Virus record (IMG/VR): IMGVR_UViG_3300000062_000468
Origin: a virus
Strand: one strand, 5' to 3'
Length of the DNA stretch: 64,000 nucleotides
Shown here one piece after another: positions 9,485 through 21,087 of this stretch. Below the pieces are notes generated by a model. It did no database searches and was not told the origin of the DNA. It was given only the letters and a program-made list of their open reading frames with translations. Position numbers and translations under genes: made by a program. Numbering within the stretch: position 1 is the first letter of the stretch; each line of letters opens with the position of its first letter.

Positions 9485-10473
9485 CAACTCAACATATTAG
9501 TTGAGTCAGACTATATCATAACCATATCATTTCTGACTTAGGTTCTCAGCGCTTCCACTCTACGAATTTCACGCAGAATGTACTCTACTTGGTTATTCTC
9601 GTATGTCCTGTACGGTCACACAATATCCTTTCGATAGTCGTTTGAGTTTTATAGAATAAGATATTATAATTTCTTAAAAGAAAAATGTTTGTTGTATTTT
9701 TTATTATTTCTAATACATTTGTTTATTTGACTTCGCACACCTTCAGGATGTGAAGCATTTGAATATCCATTATTAATCATATATTCACAACACGGAATCA
9801 TATAGTCAAACGTTTCTACAAAATCATCATAATATAGTGAGATTTTTGACATCTTCCGTTTTGGATTCCTTTACGTCCTTGTTTTTCTATAGCTAAAGCC
9901 TTGTCTAATTTATATTTTTGTGACAATTTTCTATTTCCATAATTAGGATTATTTTTACCGTTCATGTCATGTCTGTTAACCAAACTGTATCTAATATTAT
10001 CGACACGTGATATCCACTCTAAGTTTTCTATGGTAGAATCCATTCTGTTGTAATTTTTATGATTTACTTCTGGCAAGTTATGAGGATTAGGTATAAAGGC
10101 TATTGCAACTAATCGTGCAACTCTAACACTTCTCCATCCTTTATCTGGTATTTTGATTGCACAAACAGAATAACCATCTGCATTGTAATATGTATTTCGT
10201 TTATTACCATTCCAAATAACATTACCTTTAGTAGATATTTCTATATTTGTTCCTTGATAATTTATTGTTTTCCATTTTTCTCTTTTAAATAATCACTTCC
10301 TTTGCAATATATTTATCTTATTCTATATTTACCACAGGATTCTTTCGTTCCCTGTCAGCACATCTTCTAATTGTCATTTCCTACAATTCCTAATCGTAAG
10401 ATGTACACCCTAGATTTCTAGGTTCACTGAGTTTTATATCCCCATGTTTCCATGGGGTTCGACATTAAAGGTC
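9485..10473 (-). mobile_element. Group I intron (989 nt) in the RNA polymerase gene
   Basis: The 5' exon ends in U, with P1 TTCGAT/GTCGAA giving a U.G pair at the splice site. P2 CCCCATG-GAAA-CATGGGG; P3 CTCAG/CTGAG; P7 elements AACGACTA and GATATAGTCT; P9 ACTCAAC/GTTGAGT; terminal G. Confidence 0.9.
9664..10290 (-). pseudogene. Intron-encoded NUMOD4/HNH homing endonuclease, frameshifted
   Basis: Translation gives EKWKTI..VARLVAIAFIPNPHNLPEVNHKNYNRMDSTIENLEW. The ORF is split into pieces and has no intact start. Confidence 0.8.
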
Positions 10474-12270
10474 ATCGAATTGGAGTATTTTGCTTATTGG
10501 ATCGTGAACGCTGGTATATATCGCATTCGTTGTAAACCACTTCTCAATATGCTTTTCTATAACATTTTTTCTAACTGCATGTTCTCTGAAAAGGTGAGGG
10601 CTTCTTAAACAATCTAGTTTTTTATACTGTCTATATAATTTACAAAACACCTCTTGGTTTTTGAGTAATCCCTGTGGGTTATCATCGCCACAAAATAGTT
10701 TTTCGCAAAAGGCATATAAGTCTGGAATCAAAAATGTATATTTGCCTTCAATTTCTAATTTTCCAGCTCTAAAATTTTTCACCAAACTATTTTTTATACC
10801 TCGTAATACCGCTTTAGTATGTTCGTCTTTTAGCAGCGCCGGATATAATTCTAAACATTGCTGAAAAGGGGTTTTATTCCTATTTGTCTTAGTAACTCCA
10901 AAAACACGATACATTGTGTCCATGTCGGAGGTTAGTTGCTTGAGTGTATTATTTGAACCCTTGACTAAATGATTAAATTCTTCTTTAGTAACATCAGTTA
11001 ATGATTGCAACATCTGATAATTTATAGTGGCTCTTGGAATAAAGTCTTCTTCTATATTACATACCCCAGCTTGACAATTATATTTCTCAAACCAGTCTTG
11101 ATACTGTTCCCACGACTTGTAATAGTTGTACATTTTGAATTGACTCTTGGTAAATATCACCTCAATATTATCTTCAAGAACGTTCCACTCTTTATCATAG
11201 ATATCCTTTACAATAGGAGAGCAGTCATCATGTTCTTCAATAAATTTTTTAAAATCAAATACTGCAAGCAAACCTTTGACCCACGGGAGTCTTACCATAA
11301 AGTTTTTCTTACTAACCGAAGGAAGTATCATTCCACATCCATCAGTATGAGGAATTGGAACATCCATCGTCTGTCTATTTATCTTGTAAGTCTTGTAGTT
11401 AATGAAATCGACCTCTGTGTTAACATTGGTTTCAAAATCTGGAACTACTATACATTTTTTAATATCAAACGTTTCCCATAAGTCCGTAGCTGAATTACAT
11501 AGTGCCAAGTAGGCTAAATATTTATTTACGTTTACGCCACCAACCTTATTGATTTTATCTATGGTTAAACCGCACATAAGACTTGGTTGCAATACTTTCC
11601 ATACAGACTCTCTTATAAATACAGTTTTCTTAGTTCTTATTTGTCCAGCAGACGAGGTGAAGTATCTGTATTTTTCTCCGTTATACATAAATCCATTTTT
11701 AACCAACTGCTCAATGACATCGTAGAAAAAAGTTTGAACCACTATAATATCTTTTGTAAGCTCATTCGTTTTCATATCGCCCAATCGTGTGAGAGTAGAT
11801 TCGAAGATTGATATTTTTCGCCAATCTGTCAGCCTGTTATCTTTAAGCTGGCGACAAATCCCGGACTTGCGACTTAAAGTACGCAATAAAAGTTCTTTGT
11901 ATTCTCTGATGGTCTTATTTATGTTGTCTATTTGTAAATCGGGATTACCCTTTAATATATCTGGTATCTGTTTGGAAAAATTTCGACTCTTGTGAAAAGC
12001 TCGTCTTAGTCGTCGTAACTTCCTAAGAAAAACAACCTGTTCTCGTGTGGTCATGTTTTTAAATCCTAGACCGTCACCACCTTTCATTTCTTCAATATCC
12101 TTTTTTATCTTTTCTTTGATTTTTAAATAGGTTGGCTTGGCGGATTCACTTTTGCATTTCTTTTTCAAACGAAGTGCATCAGTCATTTTTTTATGTATCG
12201 CCTGTTCTCTTCTGGTATAAAAGCAGCCAGTATCAAGAGAGTAAATATGTATTTGTCTATTTAGCGCCAT
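10474..12270 (-). CDS. yonO: YonO-like single-subunit RNA polymerase, exon 1 (spliced product about 970 aa)
   Basis: Motifs FTSSAGQIRTKK, DGCG, FMVRLPWVKG, CLRSPHL and LQFD. These belong to the RdRP-related phage RNAP family exemplified by SPbeta YonO. Confidence 0.9.
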
Positions 12271-13408
12271 ATGAATCCCCTCCTTTGATGTTGTGAGTTA
12301 CACTTTTATATTCAAGCATGTCAGGATTGTTCATTTCTTTATAAAACGAAAGCAACAGTTCTGTCTGAGATTCTTTACTAAATATTGATTCGTAGGACTC
12401 AACCGTGACTGTGCATGGGTATCTGTTTTGAGCTTTAAAACAAATAGAAATATTGTTGGGATAATTATAATAATATCTATCACCCATATGACGGTCGTAA
12501 TAAGACCCGCTACAACTTTTTCTGAAACTCAGCTCTGTATCTAGCCAATTGTGGCGTTCTAAATAGCCTTTCATAATTCTGATTATTTTTTGGAAATTAT
12601 ATGTTTTACTATGAGAATAAGATTCGTTACGCATTTGTTTTCTATGACATACTTTTTCGAATATATCATCCATAATTCCAAAACGGTCTACCGATATTGA
12701 ACAATTGTCATTTTCAAAATCCAAAAGTACTTTATTGATTTTTACAGCGCTGGCTTTTTTGGAATAAAACACCTTATCTTCTTTTTGTAATATTTCAGTG
12801 TAACTATCAAAAAATGGAATTGTATTTGTTATGGGGTATATGCATTCTTCGGATTCTTTGTCTTTCCAATAAACAAAGACCTTTTCGTCGACATCAAAAT
12901 GCCACCCACTATTTTTCTCAATAGTAGACCCTCTCATCTTTTTGCTACTTACAAAATACTTATCCGTTCCACAAATCCAAATATCCTCAATCCCAACACT
13001 TTCATACAACTCGTGTCGTTCAAAATATTCTGTGGCGATAGGAGAGCATTGGTACTCAATTACATATTGCTTCCCACCATATTTAAAACCAACATCAGCA
13101 CATTGGTCTGTTTCGGGTATGTATTGTTCAAGCTGAACATCTGTCACGCCGTCCAATCCTTTAACCCAATTGAACAAATCAATCTTTCCTTTAATGTGTT
13201 CTGGGGTTTCTGATTCTTGATACTTGATATTACAATCCACTTTATCTTTATGGCGGAAATATGGATTGTTTACTCGTCCGTGGCAGTATTCGTATACCTT
13301 GCCACAAATTGGACATTTTAATAAATTTTGTTCTGATAGTTCCTTTAGCTGCTCTTTGGAATATTCTCCGTCAAAGCAGTTGATACTAGTGTCATTCATT
13401 TTGCACAC
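12257..13408 (-). CDS. CoiA-like zinc-finger/PD-(D/E)xK nuclease-fold protein
   Basis: Motifs CPIC..YFRH..C, ETPEH, ADV..IEYQCS. Confidence 0.65.
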   Translation of the reverse strand: MCKMNDTSINCFDGEYSKEQLKELSEQNLLKCPICGKVYEYCHGRVNNPYFRHKDKVDCNIKYQESETPEHIKGKIDLFNWVKGLDGVTDVQLEQYIPETDQCADVGFKYGGKQYVIEYQCSPIATEYFERHELYESVGIEDIWICGTDKYFVSSKKMRGSTIEKNSGWHFDVDEKVFVYWKDKESEECIYPITNTIPFFDSYTEILQKEDKVFYSKKASAVKINKVLLDFENDNCSISVDRFGIMDDIFEKVCHRKQMRNESYSHSKTYNFQKIIRIMKGYLERHNWLDTELSFRKSCSGSYYDRHMGDRYYYNYPNNISICFKAQNRYPCTVTVESYESIFSKESQTELLLSFYKEMNNPDMLEYKSVTHNIKGGDSYGAK

Positions 13409-13740
13409 TAAAATAAGACATCACTCCTTCTGTGTATTTTTTGCACGTTAATAGTTCCTATGATTTCACATACAATTTTTAATTATTTTTCGTTATTCAG
13501 TTTTAATTCAATTCAATTTCTTTAATTTGGAATTGTTGTTAGTCATTCGTTTAATCTAATCTCAATCACAAACCGCCAAATTTGTAATCTTCGTATTTAT
13601 ATTTCAATGTTGCCCATGTACATTACATTTTATTCGTAAATTTCAAGTTTAAATTCATCACCCTAACTATCCTAGCCTAAGTGAGTTAAGATTGAAATTT
13701 GCTCTACTTTTTGTAACGTAGATACATGATAAAAACATCT

Positions 13741-14040
13741 CTAACTCTTTTTACTCTGGTGGTATTCAGTTAATCGTTCTGCGGCAGCTTGCTTTTGCTT
13801 TTCAGACGCTTTTCTAGCAGCGGTTAATTTAACAGCCCACTTAACAGGCATTTTTGCATATATTGTTCCATCATCATTCTCAGCTGAAATCTGACATTCC
13901 TCTGGACACTTCTCAGCTAGTTTTCTAACTCTACTAATAGCCCAACCTTGCGACAATGAACATCCGGCATACTTACTACCTTTAATCCATTCAATTACAT
14001 TTTCGCTACTTCCGTAACCTTGATATTCTTCTATTCCCAT
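13741..14040 (-). CDS. Hypothetical protein
   Basis: 99 aa, AAGGAG RBS, co-oriented. Confidence 0.7.
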   Translation of the reverse strand: MGIEEYQGYGSSENVIEWIKGSKYAGCSLSQGWAISRVRKLAEKCPEECQISAENDDGTIYAKMPVKWAVKLTAARKASEKQKQAAAERLTEYHQSKKS

Positions 14041-14069
14041 TTAATTCAGTTCTCCTTATGTATTTTATT

Positions 14070-14483
14070 TTAATCTAGCCAGACCTCGAAATATGGTGAT
14101 GAATTATTATTTAACAGTCGTGTTTTTAATCCTGGTTCACGCTTAAGTAGTTCTGCAATCTGATATATGTAAAAGCAGTAGTCAACCGCACCCAACCTAA
14201 TATTAAGTAACACATCATTTATGAAGCCAGCGTATCTACCGTATAATGTTACACCATCGTATATAGGTTGCGGGTCTGTAGAGGCTCTTGGCTCACTACA
14301 CAATGTTTTAAGTTTACTTCGCCGGATTTTCTCATCCTTTATAGGTGGTACTTTCTTTTTCAGAATAGAGTAGTAGGGTTGCCACTGTTCATCTGTCCAT
14401 GTACAACATGGTTGTGCTGCACGAGGGTTGACTCTTTTGTAGAGTTCTTGGTGTTTATGGTGTTTAATTGTTGTTTGATTCAT
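14070..14483 (-). CDS. Hypothetical protein
   Basis: 137 aa; RBS lies within the end of the upstream gene. Confidence 0.65.
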   Translation of the reverse strand: MNQTTIKHHKHQELYKRVNPRAAQPCCTWTDEQWQPYYSILKKKVPPIKDEKIRRSKLKTLCSEPRASTDPQPIYDGVTLYGRYAGFINDVLLNIRLGAVDYCFYIYQIAELLKREPGLKTRLLNNNSSPYFEVWLD

Positions 14484-14486
14484 ATG

Positions 14487-15299
14487 TTATGCTGATTCCT
14501 CCTTGATTATTTCTTCTTCGTTATCTATTGTGGTATCTAATAGATTATCAATCACTGTTTCCATCAAAGTCCGAGCTTCTTCATTATGAGAAACCACATC
14601 CATCGTGTATGCTTGTTCATATCCGTTATTAAAACAGAAGTCATCTACAATCTGAGAAAGATAATCTTTATCATATGTATTACTAAATTCCGAAAATAGA
14701 AGGGAATAAGTTCTGGTATATTTTGCATCATCTGGATAATAATAAGTACGAATTTCATCAATTTTCGGTTTTACCTTGCTCAGCCATGCTGGAAACATTG
14801 GTGAAGAATATCGTTTGGTTTTCGTATTGGATTGTATAAAGTCACAAAGTATTTTAGACATATCCATGATAGCAGTCACTAAATCGGATTGAGTCATCGA
14901 ATTTTGAGATTGCGGATTTTCTTTATGGATATAAATATTCGATAGCACATCTTTTACATTTAATTGGTAATTAACAAGTTTGGTTGCTAAAGCTGGATTA
15001 TCTTGTTTCATTTTCGGCGTGATTCTAATTTTAGCCAACCATAAAGGAAGATAGTCTATGTTAATTCCTAAAGTTTCATTATTTTGATCAAATACCCCTA
15101 TTGCAAATTTGCAACACCCCTTCTTTAACACTTCATCTTTTTGCAAATTTGTAATTTGTCGCTGTTTTTGTCCCTTGGTTAGTCCCACATTATCGCATAC
15201 TAAACTCGCTCCTACATATATACACCCATCAATATTCTGAGTTGTCTGAATAGTATCTCCGTTAAATTCAATTGTTTTTACTTCTAATCCTGTTGTCAT
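14487..15299 (-). CDS. Phage antirepressor-type protein (P22 AR N-terminal-like domain)
   Basis: KTIEFNGD...IYVGASLVCDNVGL...LPLWLAKI pattern. Confidence 0.7.
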   Translation of the reverse strand: MTTGLEVKTIEFNGDTIQTTQNIDGCIYVGASLVCDNVGLTKGQKQRQITNLQKDEVLKKGCCKFAIGVFDQNNETLGINIDYLPLWLAKIRITPKMKQDNPALATKLVNYQLNVKDVLSNIYIHKENPQSQNSMTQSDLVTAIMDMSKILCDFIQSNTKTKRYSSPMFPAWLSKVKPKIDEIRTYYYPDDAKYTRTYSLLFSEFSNTYDKDYLSQIVDDFCFNNGYEQAYTMDVVSHNEEARTLMETVIDNLLDTTIDNEEEIIKEESA

Positions 15300-15315
15300 A
15301 TTTTTGTTTTCTCCT

Positions 15316-16269
15316 TTATTTACATTCGTTTAATTTGTTTTCGAGTAATGGTATATCTTTTTCTTCGCCTCTTTTAAGTGCGTCTTTTGCTAGTAAATCA
15401 TTGTATTTTTTACAGTCTTTTATCAACCTTCTTATTTCTTTAGGATTATTGATATAGGTTTTTGCACCATCGAGACAGGCATCGTACCTTCTGGTAATTC
15501 CCGACTTCCACTTACTGACATTGGTAGCAAATGCACCATATAGACCCAGAGAACCCCGATTACAATTTTTTACCATCTCGTCCTTGTCTTCAATCCTACT
15601 GTAGTAATTATTAGTAAGTTGTGCTGAATGACCATCTTTGTATTTTCCAGAGTTATGAACGGCTATAATATTTAATCGCTTCAGTTCCTTTATATAGACG
15701 GGTATAGTAGCAGTGCTGAAGCCCCATGTAGAATTCATATAGGCGTGAGAGCGATTGGAATATTTCAGTGTATGATCTACAGAGGTGAGTAGTAATAGGT
15801 AAAACTGCACGAGGTTATAGGGGTCAACATTCTGCGAATCCCTAAAGATGCTTTGGATTTCTGATAAGGTACACATTATCCAGTTCGTAATACTAACCAT
15901 TCCTAATTCACGTTGTTTCGTTTCCACCCTAAGATGTTTACCCTCTAATATATATATGCCACATTTGTCGCTAATATCGCTGCGACTGACTATCTGTATG
16001 TATGATTGTTCGTGTAACCATTCAAAGGCAGAATTCATCTTTTTGATAAAAATATCATCTTTGCTGTTGGATATTATTTTTCTGAATATCATATAGTATA
16101 CAGTTTGGACATTCACATACACATATCGCTTGTTGGGTCTGTAGTATGAGTTTAATAACAGTGCCAACAATAATGTCGCTGAGTCTGGGTACGACCTACT
16201 GCCATTTCCGTAGTATAAGTACAGATTTTCGTTTTCGTTTCCTTGGTTCAATTTTTCACCTCCTCTCAA
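15316..16269 (-). CDS. Hypothetical protein, possibly a winged-helix DNA-binding/replication protein
   Basis: 317-aa ORF bordering the long AT-rich non-coding region; contains the HTH-like segment STATIPVYIKELKRLNII. Confidence 0.45.
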   Translation of the reverse strand: MRGGEKLNQGNENENLYLYYGNGSRSYPDSATLLLALLLNSYYRPNKRYVYVNVQTVYYMIFRKIISNSKDDIFIKKMNSAFEWLHEQSYIQIVSRSDISDKCGIYILEGKHLRVETKQRELGMVSITNWIMCTLSEIQSIFRDSQNVDPYNLVQFYLLLLTSVDHTLKYSNRSHAYMNSTWGFSTATIPVYIKELKRLNIIAVHNSGKYKDGHSAQLTNNYYSRIEDKDEMVKNCNRGSLGLYGAFATNVSKWKSGITRRYDACLDGAKTYINNPKEIRRLIKDCKKYNDLLAKDALKRGEEKDIPLLENKLNECK

Positions 16270-18306
16270 TTTTGCTATGGCTAACTCGTTTCAACCGTAT
16301 ATTTGCAGATGCCATAGTAAAATTCGCTATGGGGTATGCCGTATTTGCAGTTCAAACGATTAGGTATTATAAGTAAATATATAAGTAAATCATATTGGAA
16401 TTTCTGAAATTATTTATCCTAATATATTTCCAATTCTAAACTATGTACTATCATCTAAATCAATATTTAGTAATGGTACTATCTCTGACCTATACCAATA
16501 CTGTAAGAAGCAGTAGATTAACTTGTAGTCTGTGTTATCTCTGTTCTTATTATCCCTGTATCTGTATGTAGATGTAATCATGTGTAATAGCTATTCTCCT
16601 TTCCAAGTTGTTGTAATTAGTAAGTAGTTAAGTAAATGACTGCTGATGAAATGTAAAAGCAACTATGTGGAATAATTGAACTTTTGAACCGAAGATAAAA
16701 TCTAGTGTTAGCTTAGTACTGATACTCAAATGTGTATGTGGGTGTGTTACAGATATGAATAATCTGTAATCTATGAGATACCAATACTAAAACTAAGTGA
16801 ACTAGATAGTTGTGTGCTACATGAAAAATATCTTAATGAAGCCATAGATGATACTTGCGACAACAGGAACAATTAATATACTCTTCAGCCATGCTGCTGT
16901 ATCAAAATATTCATTTCCTCTTTTGTCTATTTTCCAGAATGTACCTTTCTTCATATGTGTACTCCTTTCAGTGAAACTTGTGAGATTGATATATGTATTA
17001 CTCAGCTACTATCGTAGCCTCGTTTGAGGCTCCTACGTCGCATCAAAATAGTGTGATTATTTTTGGGAATATGAAATAGTACTCCGCTCAGTATAACACA
17101 GATAAAACAAAAGTCAACACAATTTTGCAAAATAATTGAACTTTTGCAATTTGTGATTTTGGCTATATTCGGTCAGGTATCAATTTAAGTATTCGGGAGA
17201 TTGAGGTAGTGATGACTATTGAGATGATTAGGAATGTAGAGCTTATAAGGGATTGAGTAGGATATCTGGAGTGATTAAGGGATGATATTGGAACCAGTGC
17301 GGCATAATAATAGGATGTAAGTAGGTATGATTCGGTTGAAAGTGGCTTATTTACTGGTGTTGTGAGGTGTAAGATTGGCATATTTGGATATAATACCATA
17401 TTCTTGAGATCAGGAAAATGGTAGAAACGTTGGATTTACGGGGTTCGCTCGAATTGAGTGTCGAATGAATAAGTGCTAAAAACGTACATTTTTCGTTGAG
17501 GGTGATTCGGGGTGATTAAAATTTGAATGATAGGAATAATTAAGACATAGGGGTATATGGTGAAAAATTTTGCTGATTAAAAGTGTAAACCCACCCCCTC
17601 GCAAACCCTTTAAAATAAAGGGAAATTTGGCAAATCTGGTAAAAAGCCAAATTTTTATAGATAAATTTTTTGTAGGTACTAGCTAAAAGGAAAGGTAAAA
17701 TACGCAAATGAAATTCTCGATTTTAAAGATATTACTACGACAGATGCAATAATATCGATTTGGTTGCAGATGCAACAGAATGTGAAAAGTGTTATAACAT
17801 ACCTAACTAATATGTTTAATGAGAATTGGCATAACCACTCACTATCAAGCAATCCTAACACATACCAATCAACTATGTATTGAAATTATACCCGAATAAA
17901 TCCCACCTAGTAACAGCCGAAATTCCCCAATATACAACGATTCCTACAATATCCTTATAACATACTATTTTACTATGTATAACTACGCAAAGCAAAAATA
18001 CAATTTTCCTCTTGCAAAATGTCTTATCCTGTAATACAATAATCTTGCCCACGAAAAACGAACAAGCGTTCTGATTGTTTTGGCTTGGTATATGCTACAC
18101 GAGCACACTAGGCATAAGCACAACACAAAAAAGATACATCTAACAACTACATATATACTTACTACACCAGTAATACTACATATAATAACCTTAAATTAGC
18201 CATGTTATAACTGCTACCCATACTATACCATACCTAAGCTACTTTAAATCCATTCTGGCAGTTAAAACATACAGTACTATGGGCATATACAACAAGCTAA
18301 TGCTAA

Positions 18307-18729
18307 CTAATCCTCATCTTGCTCTACTTTAGCAGTAAAGAGGTTAACAGGCTCTGTATCTTCTTTAGTAGTAGTGGTAGCATCTTGTACAAGTGTCCGT
18401 GTTTTGCCTATCTGCTCTGGTGTAGGTGGTCTGTCTTTTGCGGGAGATAGCTCTTGCAGCTCTTGCAACCGTGTCTGGTACTCCTGTAAGCGTTGTACCT
18501 GCTCCGCTTGTGTGGGAGTACTATCTTCTATAGAATAGTGTAACTCGCAACCGATAACATTACATATGCGTTGTATATCCGCAAAAGATAGGTTTTTTTT
18601 GGCAAATGTTGCGTGTAAATTTTGTCCACTTATACCAAGTTTTTTGGCGACATCCTCTACAGTATAACCTCTGTTTTTTATAGCCATTTTAATATAATTT
18701 ACAAGCCTTGTATTATCTTCAAATATCAT
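18307..18729 (-). CDS. XRE/Cro-family HTH regulator
   Basis: TVEDVAKKLGISGQNLHATF helix-turn-helix. Confidence 0.8.
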   Translation of the reverse strand: MIFEDNTRLVNYIKMAIKNRGYTVEDVAKKLGISGQNLHATFAKKNLSFADIQRICNVIGCELHYSIEDSTPTQAEQVQRLQEYQTRLQELQELSPAKDRPPTPEQIGKTRTLVQDATTTTKEDTEPVNLFTAKVEQDED

Positions 18730-18835
18730 TAATTTCTTTCCTTTCTTCTATATAAATGTATTTCTGCTAGTAGTATAACATATCTACTAAACAAAGTAAA
18801 ATGCTTTGATATAAAAATATTTTTATAAAAAAGAG

Positions 18836-18864
18836 TTGACAATACAAAAGTGTTGTGATAAAAT
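18836..18864 (+). promoter_or_regulatory. sigmaA promoter
   Basis: TTGACA-17 nt-TAAAAT with extended TG. Confidence 0.75.
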
Positions 18865-18932
18865 ATAGCTAAGTCAAAACAAAACACTTTGACATCAACA
18901 AAAAAAACTTTCAAAATAAAGCAAAAAAAGTG

Positions 18933-18961
18933 TTGACAAAGAAAACTAGATATGATATTAT
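18933..18961 (+). promoter_or_regulatory. sigmaA promoter (tandem copy)
   Basis: TTGACA-17 nt-TATTAT with extended TG. Confidence 0.75.
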
Positions 18962-19474
18962 AGCATCAACAACAAAACAAAACACTTTGACATCAAAACG
19001 AATTAACAAATGCTTTAATGCAGTTAGCACAGTGAGGGAACACTACACAAGATGAGGTAGAACACAATCACAACGCTAAGAGGTCGCAACTCCTCATTAA
19101 ACATATGCAGAGCGAAGCAATAAAAAAGAAGTCAAGGGAGTGCAATCCCTCAACTTCTCCGCTACCAACAGAGTTGATAACATGTATTCAATATACACAT
19201 ACATTCTATCAATTCTTATAAGAAAAGTCAATCAATTCTGATTGGACAATTTCCCAAAAAGGTAGCAAACGTAACAACCGTACCTTGACAGTAAAATATA
19301 GTAGCGACTGAACTATACCGCATGAGCAGATAGGAAACTATCGAAGCGAAGATTGCGAGCATACTCGGCACTTGATACAAGGGCGAAGGAATCATAAGTT
19401 GCGAATTATTGACGCATCAATTGCCACGCTATGTAATCAAAAAGCGTGTAAAACATACATATAGAAGAACAACA

Positions 19475-19507
19475 AAAAAGAGCCTTCCATGTTTGGTTAG
19501 GCTCTTT
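19475..19507. terminator. Probable bidirectional terminator hairpin
   Basis: AAAAAAGAGCC...GGCTCTTT. Confidence 0.6.
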
Positions 19508-19543
19508 ACATATATAACAGGGTGGCTACCTGTTACAGGGTAG

Positions 19544-19756
19544 CTATTCATTTTCTAATTCCTCAATTTGACGATTAACTTCGTCAAGTTGTTTTTGAAG
19601 TTCATCAACTTCTTGTTGTGATTGTTTGGATTTTTCTATACTTTCTATAGCTTTATCCATTGCTTTACGTTGGGAATTTCCACCACCACAGGCGGTTAAA
19701 GTGAAAGATAAAATTGATAATGTTGAAACTGTTAAAATGATTTTAATTTTCTTCAT
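19544..19756 (-). CDS. Small lipoprotein
   Basis: Signal peptide with lipobox LTAC, followed by a short coiled coil. Confidence 0.75.
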   Translation of the reverse strand: MKKIKIILTVSTLSILSFTLTACGGGNSQRKAMDKAIESIEKSKQSQQEVDELQKQLDEVNRQIEELENE

Positions 19757-19771
19757 TTGTAAAATCTCCTT

Positions 19772-20071
19772 TTAGTTGTCTTGTTTGCGAGGAACGAAAT
19801 TTATTTCTAAATCGTAGCCGATAGCGTCAGTAATTTCAAGTAGTCGGTTAATACTAATATTGCTATTTAAGCGACTGTTGAGTGATTGAGGGGTTATATT
19901 TAGCTTGTCAGCTAGTGTTCTTTTAGTCATGTTGGCATTAATTAAAGCAATATCAACATGACGTTTTAACTCTTTTGAGTTGGTACATATCATAAAAATA
20001 CCACCTTTCATTGTGAAAAATAAACATATATCCGTACTGATTATTAGTATAAACTTATGCAATAGTAACAA
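19772..20071 (-). CDS. XRE-family HTH regulator (true start probably at MICTN)
   Basis: TKRTLADKLNITPQSLNSRL helix-turn-helix. Confidence 0.75.
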   Translation of the reverse strand: MLLLHKFILIISTDICLFFTMKGGIFMICTNSKELKRHVDIALINANMTKRTLADKLNITPQSLNSRLNSNISINRLLEITDAIGYDLEINFVPRKQDN

Positions 20072-20096
20072 ACATGAAATAAAATACGGAAATATC

Positions 20097-20125
20097 TTTA
20101 CAAATAAGGTTGAGAGTGCTATACT
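20097..20125 (+). promoter_or_regulatory. sigmaA promoter
   Basis: TTTACA-17 nt-TATACT with extended TG. Confidence 0.65.
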
Positions 20126-20407
20126 TAATTCAAGTCAAAGAGATAACAACTAATCAACAAACACCTTTGACCTACATAAACAAACGAACTTTGATAATTA
20201 AATAGTGGGGGAGGACAGAAAAAACGTTGGTAACGAAAATCCATCACTTCCCACGGACGCAAGTGAATGAGCCACTAACTCAAACTTGCGTGACCTTAAA
20301 TACATTTGCATTATAACCCTAAACGGTTAAAAATGCAACAAAAAAGAGCCTTCATTGAGTTGGCGCTCTAGGCTCTTTCTTAAACGAAAGACTAACCAAA
20401 ATACAGT

Positions 20408-20551
20408 TTACTTATTGTAGTATTCGCTAGTGATAGACAAATTGCCGAATGAAAAGTTGAAGCTTTTCAAATTGGCTCTTGCTAAACACATAGCACTAAT
20501 GATAATACAAGTTGCGACTATAATAAGTAACTTTTTGATTTTAGTAGTCAA
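20408..20551 (-). CDS. 47-aa hydrophobic peptide, type I toxin-like (copy 1)
   Basis: GGAGGTGA RBS 7 nt before TTG. Sequence MTTKIKKLLIIVATCIIISAMCLARANLKSFNFSFGNLSITSEYYNK. Not in the ORF track. Confidence 0.65.
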   Translation of the reverse strand: MTTKIKKLLIIVATCIIISAMCLARANLKSFNFSFGNLSITSEYYNK

Positions 20552-21087
20552 TAATGCTTCACCTCCCTTCATGGGAGATTATGAGCAGTTGCCATGACTG
20601 CACACAACAAGAGTATATCACACAAGTTAAGCGAGGGCGATATATGAATGTATTTTACGACTACAGCAATCAGCAATGGTATGTTGTAGAAAATGGTAGA
20701 TATATAGAAGTAGAAAGCGATTCAGAAGGCTACGACTATATAGAAAGCCAACTAAACTAAAAACAAATAACGTTTTTTTCATGTAACATATAAACAGTGA
20801 TTTCTCATTTCAAATTAATTATTGTTGAAAGTAGGCACAATCACAAGCGACAAACACAAGCAACCAAAGGGGCAGAAAATATACCTTTTGATGATATGCT
20901 TCGTAATTGCAAAACGTTAGAATGTGCCTATTATTGAGCAATATAATAACAATGACACTTGAAAAAGTAAGAAACTTCTTATATAATAGGGAAAGAAAAG
21001 GGCGAGAATTACCAAATGCGACCATATGGTCGTTTTTAGGATAAGCGAGCACGTGCTCGTATTTGAAAAAGGCGGTGATAATTTCAC

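Noticed and set aside
9485-10473. RNAP interruption as an intein or a natural two-subunit split
   Set aside because: Exon 1 hits a stop 2 codons into the insert, there are no intein Cys/His-Asn ends, and group I core elements with exact splice junctions are present.
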